From the NCBI GenBank assembly GCA_029882515.1, contig JAOUKN010000001.1:5298-69297 (forward strand): a stretch of 64,000 nt of DNA, given 5' to 3'. The position numbers and the translations under genes are program-made. The stretch comes from Candidatus Bathyarchaeota archaeon. Lineage in GTDB: Archaea; Thermoproteota; Bathyarchaeia; Bathyarchaeales; Bathyarchaeaceae. Shown piece by piece: positions 1-9,031 of the stretch (its first letter is position 1; each line of letters begins with the position of its first letter). A model generated the notes under the pieces. The model did not search any database, was not told the DNA's origin, and saw only the letters and a program-made list of their open reading frames with translations.

Positions 1-237
1 AGTGTCCTGATGATTGCCAGCACGATCTCCCGAACAACCTACATCAACGGGATCGCTTTGTCGACTGATCTAACTCCATCGCTCGCTATGGGGCAAACGA
101 TGGATCACGTCGCTGCTGTCATCTTGCCATTAACCGGCGGAATACTTTGGGGAATCATTGGGTATGAAGCAACATTCTTTATCGGTATAGCAGTAGCAAC
201 ATGTCTGCTTTTGACTGCACAAAAAATCCAATTATGA
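1..237 (+). CDS. C-terminal end of a polytopic membrane (transporter-like) protein, 5' truncated by the window edge
   Basis: Frame 1 is open from nt 1 to the stop at 235-237. Two hydrophobic helices (AAVILPLTGGILWGIIGY, FFIGIAVATCLLL). Family cannot be named from 78 aa. Confidence 0.4.
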   Translation, partial: SVLMIASTISRTTYINGIALSTDLTPSLAMGQTMDHVAAVILPLTGGILWGIIGYEATFFIGIAVATCLLLTAQKIQL

Positions 238-254
238 TGTTAGGCGCGAATAAT

Positions 255-401
255 CAGATAGAAGTCCACGATGTGATATTTGGCGATTGTGGAAATGATG
301 AATGGTTCTGCATAGTGGTTGGTTCACCTGATGCTGAAAACCTGATTGAAGCTGGCTTTGAGTTCGTTGATGAAATAAATGATAAGCACTTGTTCCCGTT
401 T
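255..401 (+). pseudogene. Remnant of the C-terminal extension of an archaeal tyrosine-recombinase/integrase-type protein (..DEWFCIVVGSPDAENLIEAGFEFVDEINDKHLF..)
   Basis: It lies inside track ORF 201..566. It matches the pattern I recall from archaeal integrase C-termini (DDEF.CKVA.T..EA..LIEAGFEYV....G.KLFRKRK). No catalytic domain lies upstream, the usual RKRK end is missing, and the frame runs straight into the (CG)4 tract at 402-409. Confidence 0.45.
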
Positions 402-421
402 GCGCGCGCCGTGTATGTGCG
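401..421. repeat. (CG)4 tract plus alternating Pu-Py extension (tGCGCGCGC|cgtgtatgtgcg)
   Basis: Read directly. Pure CG at 402-409. It lies 20 nt downstream of the stop of the minus-strand gene 429..881. Confidence 0.9.
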
Positions 422-428
422 AATGGTA

Positions 429-881
429 CTATTCGGTTTCTTTAACCTTCGGAAATCTTGTCAAAATTTTCTGAATGAATTTATCTTCGAAGTCCCATGC
501 TTCGAGTATGTCTGTTACTTCCTCCATGAGTTCTTCTTTTGTGTATTTCTCCAGTTTCCCAGTTAATTCGTCGAGCGCAAGTCCACAGGCGTACAAATGA
601 ATTCCTTTCTCGCTGGGGGAGATTACAACGTGTATCCCTGATCTTTGGGCTGCTCGGACGTACTTGTCTAGCCCTAGGGGAGACAGCAATGCCTTGGTCA
701 TCAAGGGCACAAGTGCACCTTCTCCTGCAAAAACTGTTGTCTGCCCTTCTTTGGTCGACTCTTCTTTCGTGATTTTTAAGCCCATGCCCTTCAGAACTTC
801 GTGGCAAACTTTAACCACTTCATCAACAGTCGCATTACTAATGAGCAACTTTTTCTCAAAGCAAACAGACATCAATGACAC
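429..881 (-). CDS. Hypothetical protein, 150 aa
   Basis: Track ORF with a soluble-looking sequence. Overlapping ORFs in other frames look like antisense artefacts. No family recognised. Confidence 0.55.
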   Translation of the reverse strand: MSLMSVCFEKKLLISNATVDEVVKVCHEVLKGMGLKITKEESTKEGQTTVFAGEGALVPLMTKALLSPLGLDKYVRAAQRSGIHVVISPSEKGIHLYACGLALDELTGKLEKYTKEELMEEVTDILEAWDFEDKFIQKILTRFPKVKETE

Positions 882-931
882 CGTATTCCTTTCAATTCTT
901 CCAGCTTATTTATCTTTTCTAGTGAGTTAAC

Positions 932-966
932 TGCACGCGCTGGCAAGTCTGCGGGCATGCGCGTGC
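932..966. repeat. Inverted repeat of alternating tracts: GCACGCGC (933-940) / GCGCGTGC (959-966), 18-nt spacer
   Basis: The arms are exact 8-nt reverse complements. The repeat lies 48 nt downstream of the stop of 1014..2096(-) and 52 nt upstream of the start of 429..881(-). Confidence 0.85.
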
Positions 967-1013
967 TGCAAACATTTCCTCGAGAAAACACTACTATGAC
1001 TAGGCGTGCTCGT

Positions 1014-2096
1014 TCACTTCTTAAGCTTGGCCAGATAGAAATACCGTACTTGTCTTCCGTTTTCTATTTTCTCCAGCGTCCGCTTGGCATCCTGTGCTCT
1101 GTCTTCATAGATGTCGGCGTTGCCTTCTTTGGCGAAGAGTTCTTTCAGTTCTTCAGCGGCTTCTATTTCACGGATCCATATCCCTCTGCTGCTGGCCGTG
1201 TAGTCAACTGTCTCATAAGCTAAACCATTGTTACTCAGAGCTGCGCCGACTTTCGAGCTTTGCGGAAGTAGAACATCCCGAGACTCATCAGGGTCGCAGC
1301 TCTGGCCATAGAAGATGGCCAATCTGCCGTTTATTGGTTTCAGAAGGCTCCTCAGTTTCTCTATTGTCGCATCGATGTTCTCAACGAAGTACAGTGTGTC
1401 TATCGAAATTATGGCGTCGAAACTCTGCTCTTGAAATGACAAATCGTCCATGTCGCCCACCACATAGGTTAAGCGGTCTTTCTTGTCGACTGTTCGCTGC
1501 TGTGCTCTCTTGATCACTTCAGGGGCAAAGTCAAGTCCGACCATTTTGGCACCTGTGAGGTCGGATATGTATTCGGTTATTCTTCCGTTCCCGCATCCCA
1601 AATCCAGAGCAACTTCACTGGGCTTCAGTTCCAACTTTTCTATCAAAGTGTTCAGCTGCTCCATGTCGAGCACGTTGTATTGGGATAGGTCTTTGCCGAA
1701 GACACGCTGGCAGAACATTGAATACGCTTTGCTGGTCTCGGTTCTTGACAAAAGATTGTCGTAGCCTTTGCTCATCCTTTCCTTCCTGCATTTTCTGCCG
1801 AGTTTCTTCCCGACATCCGACAGGAAGTAGCAGTCTGCCCTTTTCATGACCAATCCTATCTTCAGCAATTGCCGTAGAGAAGTGGCCGTTTTCTTGGCTT
1901 CTAGCGTTGCGCCGTCACTCAGGAATGATTTTATGCCCTCGACAGTGGGTCTGACTCGTCTGCCGTCAGGGAAAACGTACTCGCCTGAGGCTTCCAATCT
2001 GCGACTACTTTCGAACGCTGACAACACCGCCAAAACTTTCTTCTCCAAGTCTGGCATATCAGAAAAGGAATCTACAGTTGCTGTGTTTTCCGGCAT
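1014..2096 (-). CDS. Class I SAM-dependent methyltransferase with an N-terminal wHTH-like region
   Basis: Motif I VALDLGCGNGRITEYI, post-I acidic LDFAPE, and AIISIDTLYF. 360 aa. Confidence 0.8.
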   Translation of the reverse strand: MPENTATVDSFSDMPDLEKKVLAVLSAFESSRRLEASGEYVFPDGRRVRPTVEGIKSFLSDGATLEAKKTATSLRQLLKIGLVMKRADCYFLSDVGKKLGRKCRKERMSKGYDNLLSRTETSKAYSMFCQRVFGKDLSQYNVLDMEQLNTLIEKLELKPSEVALDLGCGNGRITEYISDLTGAKMVGLDFAPEVIKRAQQRTVDKKDRLTYVVGDMDDLSFQEQSFDAIISIDTLYFVENIDATIEKLRSLLKPINGRLAIFYGQSCDPDESRDVLLPQSSKVGAALSNNGLAYETVDYTASSRGIWIREIEAAEELKELFAKEGNADIYEDRAQDAKRTLEKIENGRQVRYFYLAKLKK

Positions 2097-2184
2097 AAGC
2101 AGACGCTCTACGCAAAATTACATAATCGATCAAATAAGTTTGCCGAATCGTCTTTCACGGACACGCCTATTTTCAAAGCCCCCA

Positions 2185-2195
2185 ATGCGCGCGCG
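2185..2195. repeat. (CG)4.5 tract (atGCGCGCGCG)
   Basis: Read directly. It lies 91 nt upstream of the start of 1014..2096(-). Confidence 0.9.
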
Positions 2196-2222
2196 ATTAT
2201 GCCTGCACACGTAAGGCTTAAG

Positions 2223-2238
2223 TATGACGTACGTCATA
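2223..2238. promoter_or_regulatory. Perfect 16-bp palindrome TATGACGTACGTCATA (operator-like)
   Basis: Read directly. Same half-sites (ATGAC-N4-GTCAT) as the two sites at 40724-40761. Confidence 0.6.
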
Positions 2239-2289
2239 ATTTATCTCTTGGATCGTTTTCCGAGACTGTTAAGGAGACATGCAGGCACG

Positions 2290-2412
2290 ATGTTGAAGAA
2301 TGAGGAAACTGAGAAACCGAGATATGTTGCAGCTGTTGGATTGCTGATTTTCTATGGTCTTTTGGCCTTTTCCATGATCTATGTAGTACTAAGAATTTCA
2401 GGGATATCATAA
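2290..2412 (+). CDS. Possible small membrane protein (40 aa from the internal ATG; track ORF starts at 2224)
   Basis: MLKNEETEKPRYVAAVGLLIFYGLLAFSMIYVVLRISGIS has one clear TM helix. AAGGAG lies about 15 nt upstream. Short and unverified. Confidence 0.25.
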   Translation: MLKNEETEKPRYVAAVGLLIFYGLLAFSMIYVVLRISGIS

Positions 2413-2505
2413 ATACACGTATGCGTTTTGTGACCGTTGTTGTTTTTTGTAAGGCATGTTTCTGAGTTTTTGCTATGTTGAAACCGTATGCTCTTAATAT
2501 AGGGA

Positions 2506-2520
2506 ACACGCGCGCGTATG
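2506..2520. repeat. (CG)4 tract within a 15-nt perfect alternating Pu-Py run (acaCGCGCGCGtatg)
   Basis: Read directly. It directly abuts the second integrase-type remnant. Confidence 0.9.
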
Positions 2521-2521
2521 A

Positions 2522-2620
2522 ATAGCCACCAAACTAGATGAAATTAAGGAGTTCCTTGAAGCTGGCTTTGATTTCGTCTGTCAAAAAGACGACCTAACGT
2601 ACTTCAGAAAACGCAAATAA
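2522..2620 (+). pseudogene. Second remnant of the integrase-type C-terminal module (IATKLDEIKEFLEAGFDFVCQKDDLTYFRKRK*)
   Basis: Hand translation. It is open only from the stop at 2519-2521, has no start codon, and ends in the typical ..FRKRK*. It shares ttgaagctggctttga.ttcgt with the copy at 346-368. Confidence 0.45.
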
Positions 2621-2642
2621 TATTCGTAGTATACTGGAAAAA

Positions 2643-4343
2643 CTATGGGTATCTGGCCTTTTTCTCGAATTGCTGCTCATAAATCTCTTTGACTTTTTGG
2701 ATGGTGTCAGCTTCCGCTGGGCTCTTATCGTCGCGAATCCGTGTAATTCTGGCAAATCGCAGTGCCATTCCACACTTGTATTTCGGACTTTTTTGTATCT
2801 CGTTGTAAGCTACTTCCACCACAATTTTGGGAACCACAACAACTCGTCCATGCTCTTCTTTCACAGCCGATTCCTTGAGTCGTTTTGTCATGCCAATAAT
2901 CTCAGTATCAGTCAACCCCTTGAACGTCTTCCCAACCATCAGCAACTCCCCACTCTCTGAGTCCCTAGCCGCTAGATAATAATCGGAAAGCCAGCCATGT
3001 CGTCTCCCATACCCCCATTCGGCGGCCACAACCACCAAGTCTAACGGCTCCAAGGTTCTCTTGATCTTGAACCAACGTTTTCCCCTAACTCCCGGAGTGT
3101 AACGGCTGTCCAATTTTTTCGCCATCAGCCCTTCATGTCCTCGACTCATGGCTTCTCTGAGAAACCGTTCAGCCTCTGCACGGTCATTAGTTATCACTTG
3201 CTTGGTTAAGGAAATATCTCCGCTGATTGCTTTCAATTTTCTTCGGCGTTCTACGTAAGGATCGGTGATTAAACTCGCTTCGTCAAGATAGAGCAGATCA
3301 AAGAGGTAAAGTTGAATCGGAATTTGCTTGGTCATTTCCTCAATATTGTGGACTCTTCGGAATCGTCGCATTAAATGCTGGAACAGCATGGGACTTCCAT
3401 CCTTCCCGACCGCTATAACCTCACCCTCCAGTATGGCTTCACGCGCCCCTATCTGATCACGCACCAACTGAACAACCTCAGGCAAGCTCTCGGTCACATC
3501 TGTCAATCTGCGACTGTACACCTTCACTTTGTCACCTGATTTGTGAATTTGAATCCGCGCGCCATCGAGCTTGTCCTCAAAAGCTGATTCCCCTCCATGC
3601 CCTCTTAAAGCCTCATCTACATCTGCCGCCATCTGAGCCATCATCGGTCTAATAGGTCGAAAAAGCTGGAATCGGATACTCAAAACGCCTTCCTTCCCCT
3701 GCACTTTCGCTATTGCCGCAACTTCGCTAACATCACCAGCCAGCATACTAGCCCTTTGCACAACGTCCAATGGAATTTGAAAAGCTTCAGAGACGGCGAG
3801 TTCCATCATGCCCTCAAAAAATCCTGTCCGCATCTCACCAATCAAAATCTTGACAAGGTACTTCGCTTCCAATGAAGTAGCTACCCCTAACAGAGTTTCC
3901 AGCAGACGTTCTTTCCGTTCTCGAGAACCAGACCCTGTCGTCTCAGCAATGACCGCTAATCTCCGCCTCACCTCCAGAATAGTCAAGGCCTTTTCAAAGA
4001 GCGTAACCTGTTTTCGAATTTTCCCTCCCTTCTCCAAAATGATCTTCGTTGCCGCCCCAACGTCACCCGTATGACTGAACGCTTCTCTAAACTCCTTCCA
4101 GTCAACATTCGCCAACCGTTTGATCACACCGCGTAAGGTCGCCCAACTCACTTCCAGTGTTCTTTGATCCCATTTTGGGAATGCGCGGCCAAGAATCATA
4201 GAGGTTGCAGGTTCCACCTCGTCGGCCTGTACTTTTTTCAGAAAGTCCGCCACTAAGTCTCTCATTAGCAGACGTTTTGATGTGCCTTCTAGTTTTTCGC
4301 AAAGTTCAGCTAGCGTTCGGAACTCTGTTGGCATAGTTGACAC
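2643..4343 (-). CDS. lig: ATP-dependent DNA ligase
   Basis: Adenylation motif I KLDGARIQIH, EGLMAK, and an archaeal-type DNA-binding N-domain. 566 aa. Confidence 0.95.
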   Translation of the reverse strand: MSTMPTEFRTLAELCEKLEGTSKRLLMRDLVADFLKKVQADEVEPATSMILGRAFPKWDQRTLEVSWATLRGVIKRLANVDWKEFREAFSHTGDVGAATKIILEKGGKIRKQVTLFEKALTILEVRRRLAVIAETTGSGSRERKERLLETLLGVATSLEAKYLVKILIGEMRTGFFEGMMELAVSEAFQIPLDVVQRASMLAGDVSEVAAIAKVQGKEGVLSIRFQLFRPIRPMMAQMAADVDEALRGHGGESAFEDKLDGARIQIHKSGDKVKVYSRRLTDVTESLPEVVQLVRDQIGAREAILEGEVIAVGKDGSPMLFQHLMRRFRRVHNIEEMTKQIPIQLYLFDLLYLDEASLITDPYVERRRKLKAISGDISLTKQVITNDRAEAERFLREAMSRGHEGLMAKKLDSRYTPGVRGKRWFKIKRTLEPLDLVVVAAEWGYGRRHGWLSDYYLAARDSESGELLMVGKTFKGLTDTEIIGMTKRLKESAVKEEHGRVVVVPKIVVEVAYNEIQKSPKYKCGMALRFARITRIRDDKSPAEADTIQKVKEIYEQQFEKKARYP

Positions 4344-4408
4344 TGTCTGGTTGGGAATTTATACAAATTTCCCTTTTCTATGCCTGTTATTCTGGTAAAA
4401 TGAGTGTG

Positions 4409-5059
4409 CTACTTTCCGAAGAACGTTTTTGCCCTGATCAAGTCTTTCATAGTGTTGATAGTTAGCCACATACCATCGTATACGTATCCTAGAAGTATTC
4501 TCTTATCGGCTAATATCTGCATCGTTGAAAATTCAAAGTCCCCTTCGTCTGGGAAGTGTCTCTCCACAATTTTCCTTTTGAAAACGTGGTGCCCCGCACT
4601 GACATAGAACTCTAGCGTTGGATTCCTTTCAAATCGAATCACATTTCTGTCATTTTGAAGAGTAACCTTTCCAAAGGGCAATATTGGCTTGGCGAGCAAC
4701 ACCGCTGCTCCCTTGCCGGCATAGTCAAAAAGTTCTTTTGGATTATAAAATACAAGATCGTCTACATTCATGACGTACGCGATGTTTCCTTTAATCTTTT
4801 GAAATGCTCTCTTGGTTGCTCCTCCCGTTCCTAGCTTGTTCGTCTCGACTGAGTATTCTACGTCAAGGGTTGTGAGTCCATCTTTGTCTGATGCTACAAT
4901 GATGTTTTGGAATCCACGGGTTTTAAGCCATGATATCTGTTTGTCCAACAAGGTTTCCTTATTAATCTTCAATAGAGGTTTCGGTGTCCATGTTTCTGGT
5001 TTGAGTCTCCACCCTTCGCCACCAGCCAGGATTATTGCCTCATTCATTCGTATCACCAT
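4409..5059 (-). CDS. Sugar-phosphate nucleotidyltransferase (NTP_transferase family)
   Basis: N-terminal ILAGGEGWRLKP (GGxGxRL) signature. I place the start at MVIRMNEAII (5059) or MNEAII (5047). The track ORF extends to 5200. Confidence 0.75.
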   Translation of the reverse strand: MVIRMNEAIILAGGEGWRLKPETWTPKPLLKINKETLLDKQISWLKTRGFQNIIVASDKDGLTTLDVEYSVETNKLGTGGATKRAFQKIKGNIAYVMNVDDLVFYNPKELFDYAGKGAAVLLAKPILPFGKVTLQNDRNVIRFERNPTLEFYVSAGHHVFKRKIVERHFPDEGDFEFSTMQILADKRILLGYVYDGMWLTINTMKDLIRAKTFFGK

Positions 5060-5203
5060 CACACCGTTGAGTTTTTGACGCGATGTTTGCGAGTAGACCC
5101 TATTGCCATTTCCTTTATAAGAATTTAGCTTGAGGAGGCGGTGATATCTCCTGCAATCCGAAATCTTACTTCCGATTTCTACTTTCTCCAAGAAACACAA
5201 AGG

Positions 5204-5212
5204 GCGCGCGTA
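5204..5212. repeat. (CG)3.5 tract (GCGCGCGta)
   Basis: Read directly. It lies 38 nt downstream of the stop of 5248..5931(-). The context agggcgcgcgta is also seen at 13351. Confidence 0.9.
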
Positions 5213-5247
5213 GTTATAGCCAAAATAGCCAGTAAGTTAGTTGACTT

Positions 5248-5931
5248 CTAGATCCATTTAATCGTGGGTTTGACGTAACTTTTATGTTGATCCATCCAGC
5301 GCTTTTCAGGGGCGTCCTTTGGATAGCCAAGCAGGATAGGCCCGTATATTCGTTCACCATCCGTTAGCTCAAGGGCTTGTACGATATCAGCATGGCCTTT
5401 GACCATTGCACCGAATCCTGTATAACAGCTGCCAAGACCGAGAGCGCATGCGGCAAGCATGATGTTCTCGCAGGCAAGCGCGCAACTCACTGCATTACTA
5501 ATTGGGCCTATGATAAAGAGGATGACAGGTGCACCATGGTAAATCATGTCTTTGGGTTCGGGCATCGCCTCATAGAGCTTCATTGCTTTCTCGTAGATTT
5601 CAGGGTCCGTCTCCTTCATGCTTTCAGTCATCTTTTTCCAGATCGGAAGCGCGGTCTGCAAGAGTTTTTGCTTGAACTCTGGGTCCTCAACAACTACAAA
5701 CCGCCACGGCTGAAAACGAAGGACTCCTTTCACCATGCCCATGGTTGAAGGGGCCTGATTGCCAGCCTCGATGATCGTATTGATGACATCCCTCGGAATT
5801 GGTTTAGGCTCATAAGACCTGACCGATCGTCGCTTATGCATAGCTTCAATTACTGGGTTCATCATTAACTTCACTGTCAGGAGGCTAAGACCGGATAGCA
5901 ATAAAAGCGTTCTGATCCGTATTTTGTGCAT
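5248..5931 (-). CDS. Nitroreductase family protein
   Basis: HKRRSVRSYEPKPIP..IIEAGNQAPS signature. The start may be the internal MMNPV (about 5862). Confidence 0.85.
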   Translation of the reverse strand: MHKIRIRTLLLLSGLSLLTVKLMMNPVIEAMHKRRSVRSYEPKPIPRDVINTIIEAGNQAPSTMGMVKGVLRFQPWRFVVVEDPEFKQKLLQTALPIWKKMTESMKETDPEIYEKAMKLYEAMPEPKDMIYHGAPVILFIIGPISNAVSCALACENIMLAACALGLGSCYTGFGAMVKGHADIVQALELTDGERIYGPILLGYPKDAPEKRWMDQHKSYVKPTIKWI

Positions 5932-5969
5932 ACAATCGCTTTCATTTGGACATCCTTCCTTATTTTTGG

Positions 5970-5982
5970 ATGTGCGCGCGCG
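5970..5982. repeat. (CG)4.5 tract in a 13-nt alternating run (atgtGCGCGCGCG)
   Basis: Read directly. It lies in the divergent intergenic region between 5248..5931(-) and 6131..7213(+). Confidence 0.9.
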
Positions 5983-6130
5983 ACATCGATGTCCCTAAAT
6001 ACTCTAGAGACTGTGATCTTAACTGCTCCAATGTTCCAAAGTAGATTGTCCGAGACTCTTTGCAGATGATGCATGCACGCATGATTTATATGTTTAAGTA
6101 ACAATTGCTGTAAATAAAGGGAAAAATGCT

Positions 6131-7213
6131 TTGAATATATTTTTACTAATTATTGTATCTATAACAGGATTTTTTTTGCTTCTCTATATCGGGTTATTAC
6201 TGTATAAGAACTATTTGAGAAATTCGACTAGAATAGAGACATCTAATGGCATAAGTTCATTGGAGGAGATTACCCTTGGTGATTTAAAACAATGGATATT
6301 TATCAGAAGTACAGATCAAAATAATCCAGTTTTGTTATTTTTGCATGGTGGTCCTGGTGCGCCTTTGTTGGGGATGTCAAGTTCGCGTAAATATGATGCT
6401 GAGTTAATTAAGCATTTTACAGTAGTTCATTGGGATCAACGAGGGGCGGGTAAATCATTTAGTGATGATATTCCAATTGATTCAATGACTTTGGATAGAT
6501 TTGTTGAGGACTGTAATGAGTTAATAGATTATTTACGAAATAGATTTCTCACTCAAAAAATCTTTTTAGTTGCTCATTCAGGGGGCACGGTAATTGGAAT
6601 TAAAACTGCACAAAGATATCCGGAGAAAATTCATGCTTATGTTGGAGTGGCGCAAGTTATAAACGAATATGAACAACAAAAAGTTTCATACAAGTTTATA
6701 GTTGAAAAAGCTGAAAAATCTGAAGATTCAGGAAGACAAAATGCTATAAAAGCAATAGGACCACCACCTTATGAATCACCGAAAAAATTCTTAAAAATGT
6801 CTGGGTATGTTGCTAAATATGGAGGACTCTTGCATAGTAAGTCTATGATGGATATGATAATTATAGCGTTAGACTTCTTAACTTCGCCTGAATATTCATT
6901 ATTAGAAGGAATTAGAACATTCAGAAATAAAGGATTTGATTTTACTATTAATGCAATGTGGGAGGAATTGAAAAATGTCAATCTTACAAAAGAAATTCAA
7001 TCTATTAAAGTCCCCATATACTTCTTTGAAGGAAAATACGATGTGGCTACTCCCACAGTTGTTGTTGAGAAATTTTATGACAATTTAGATGCTGAAAAAG
7101 GTAAAAAGCTATTCATTTTTGAAAATTCAGGGCATATGCCAATGATGGAAGAAAAAGAGAGATACGAGGAATTATTGATAAATGTTGTTTTGAAAGATAA
7201 TCTGAATAAATAA
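6131..7213 (+). CDS. Alpha/beta hydrolase, proline-iminopeptidase-like (S33), with N-terminal TM anchor
   Basis: LFLHGGPGAP, DQRGAGKS and the nucleophile elbow VAHSGGT. The gene is markedly more AT-rich than its neighbours. Confidence 0.85.
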   Translation: MNIFLLIIVSITGFFLLLYIGLLLYKNYLRNSTRIETSNGISSLEEITLGDLKQWIFIRSTDQNNPVLLFLHGGPGAPLLGMSSSRKYDAELIKHFTVVHWDQRGAGKSFSDDIPIDSMTLDRFVEDCNELIDYLRNRFLTQKIFLVAHSGGTVIGIKTAQRYPEKIHAYVGVAQVINEYEQQKVSYKFIVEKAEKSEDSGRQNAIKAIGPPPYESPKKFLKMSGYVAKYGGLLHSKSMMDMIIIALDFLTSPEYSLLEGIRTFRNKGFDFTINAMWEELKNVNLTKEIQSIKVPIYFFEGKYDVATPTVVVEKFYDNLDAEKGKKLFIFENSGHMPMMEEKERYEELLINVVLKDNLNK

Positions 7214-7518
7214 TAAACTCAAAAATGAAAGCGATTAATTATGACAAATAGGATCACATAGACCGGCATGATCAATTTGCTAGAAGAAGTAGATTCTGTC
7301 CAAATTGTAGAAGGATGAAGAGCGCTTTAGATGAGGCATTTGAAAGGAAACGCTAACACCTGAAAGAAGAATTCCAAGAATAAAAGTTGGAAAAAGACGA
7401 ACTCTTGAAGCGTTGATTAATGAAGAAGTTTTATTGCTGGCAAAATATCAAGAGATGAGTGTGATAAATGGGCTTTCAGAATTGTGAACATTGACTAGAT
7501 ATCCGTTAACCTTCCTGA

Positions 7519-7884
7519 TTAGACCCAGTTCCATGCATACCAAACAGTCAGTACATTAAACCCAAGTCCTACAATTATCAAAAATTTGTCATAAGCTCCA
7601 GGGTAACCAGGCAATCCAATGAGATTAAAACCAAGCAAGAATATGGCTACAATGATGTTTACCCAGCGAATCAAAGGATAGGTCAACGTTAGGGACAAGA
7701 AAAGCATCACAATCGGAATCAGCATTAATATTGCCATTAACATCAACATTGTCTGCGTCAGTTGCTTACCTCCCACTTGCCCCGCTGTAAAGTCACCGGC
7801 AAATATTCGCAGCACATCCCCCAAAAGATAAACTAACATTAAAGCTACCCACAATCCTGAAAGGATTATTCTCACATCGTCCAT
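7519..7884 (-). CDS. Small polytopic membrane protein (DUF6326-like)
   Basis: 121 aa with four predicted TM helices. The N-terminus LSGLWVALMLVYLLGDVLRIF resembles that family. Confidence 0.55.
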   Translation of the reverse strand: MDDVRIILSGLWVALMLVYLLGDVLRIFAGDFTAGQVGGKQLTQTMLMLMAILMLIPIVMLFLSLTLTYPLIRWVNIIVAIFLLGFNLIGLPGYPGAYDKFLIIVGLGFNVLTVWYAWNWV

Positions 7885-7957
7885 AATTCAATCACATCCG
7901 TTGGACAATTGTCCTTGCTTAATATTTCAGGTTTGGGTTTGGGGGTTAAGATTTAAT

Positions 7958-7973
7958 CCAACCAACCAACCAA
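7958..7973. repeat. (CCAA)4 microsatellite
   Basis: Read directly, in an intergenic region. Confidence 0.9.
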
Positions 7974-8125
7974 GGCACGGCTAACAGCTAAGCCAATCAC
8001 AGGCTAATAAACGACTGGCATGTCAACCTGTTTCTCCTGAACCACATACCACATAATAACCTTTGGTTAGCGCCTGAAAATTGAGATTTGGAATGGGAAA
8101 CTTGAGAGTAAGTATTTCCTTATTA

Positions 8126-8135
8126 ACGCGCGCGC
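8126..8135. repeat. (CG)4.5 tract (aCGCGCGCGC)
   Basis: Read directly. It ends 3 nt before the stop codon (8139-8141) of 8139..8927(-). Confidence 0.9.
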
Positions 8136-8138
8136 TTC

Positions 8139-8927
8139 TTACTGTGGACCTATTGTGGAGCCACCAGATGTATTGACATCGATCGTGGTGGGGTTCCCTG
8201 TGTATTTGAGGTGTGAGCCTCCGCTTACGTCACCATCTAATCTGCCATCAAGGTTTACTGTTGCGTGGCTTCCACCACCTAGGTTGACAGTGGTATCATG
8301 AACAGGGAAATCCGAGAGGTCCAAGTGGCTTCCGCCAGAAGCGCTGATGGTCAGGTCATTGGCTGCACCGTCCAGTCCAATCAAATGACTTCCTCCAGAC
8401 AGGGTAAATTGGGCATCTTCACTGGTCGTAAAGTCGCCACTGAGATAGCTACCTCCCGATAAGTCGACAGCATATTCATGCGAAGAGGTAAATCCTTCAA
8501 CGGTACCGTGTGTTCCTCCTGAAAGCTTCAACTCGTAAAGGTCAGGCATTGTGATTTCGGCTCTCAAGATTACATCTTGATAACTATAGCCCCATTTGAG
8601 ACCGATTGTCAGGGTATCTCCAGTCTGAGAAACCTCGATATAACCGAACATATTGTCGTCTGCCATTATGTTGATGCTATATGAATCTGCTTGGCCAATA
8701 TCAACCTCAAAACCCCATCCCACTTCAACAATCGTGAAATCAGTGAAGTCCTTCTCTTCGGTATCTAATGTTCCAGAACCGGCTACATGACCGAATGGTT
8801 TCCAAAATCCAAGTAAGACTGCCGATATCACTACGGCCACTACAGACCCTACTACAATAATGATTATCAAAGCAATGACCAGAGTGCTTATGGCATGCGT
8901 GTTTGTTTTCAACTGCTTTCTACTCAT
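8139..8927 (-). CDS. Membrane-anchored beta-rich protein, DUF2807/DUF4097-like (adhesin head GIN-type repeats)
   Basis: N-terminal TM helix followed by a reiterated SGGSHL/GGGSH periodicity. Confidence 0.55.
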   Translation of the reverse strand: MSRKQLKTNTHAISTLVIALIIIIVVGSVVAVVISAVLLGFWKPFGHVAGSGTLDTEEKDFTDFTIVEVGWGFEVDIGQADSYSINIMADDNMFGYIEVSQTGDTLTIGLKWGYSYQDVILRAEITMPDLYELKLSGGTHGTVEGFTSSHEYAVDLSGGSYLSGDFTTSEDAQFTLSGGSHLIGLDGAANDLTISASGGSHLDLSDFPVHDTTVNLGGGSHATVNLDGRLDGDVSGGSHLKYTGNPTTIDVNTSGGSTIGPQ

Positions 8928-9022
8928 CCTACATCACGCATTACGTATCCTGTTACAGTTTTTATGACTTGTGCAAGAATCTAAAAAGATCAGATTAAGT
9001 GTCCATTCTCAGTATTCTTCAT

Positions 9023-9031
9023 TGCACGCGC
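9023..9031. repeat. Alternating tract tGCACGCGC
   Basis: Read directly. It immediately abuts the stop of 9032..9712(-). Confidence 0.85.

Noticed and set aside
201-566. Track ORF 201..566 as a real 121-aa gene.
   Set aside because: Only residues ~19-65 look like protein (the integrase-type remnant). The rest runs antisense through gene 429..881 and is Phe/Cys-rich noise.
7931-7973. GGTTTGGGTTTGGGGG followed by (CCAA)4 as a hairpin or G-quadruplex element.
   Set aside because: The two halves are only partly complementary, and the G-runs are too few for a confident G4. It is recorded only as a microsatellite.
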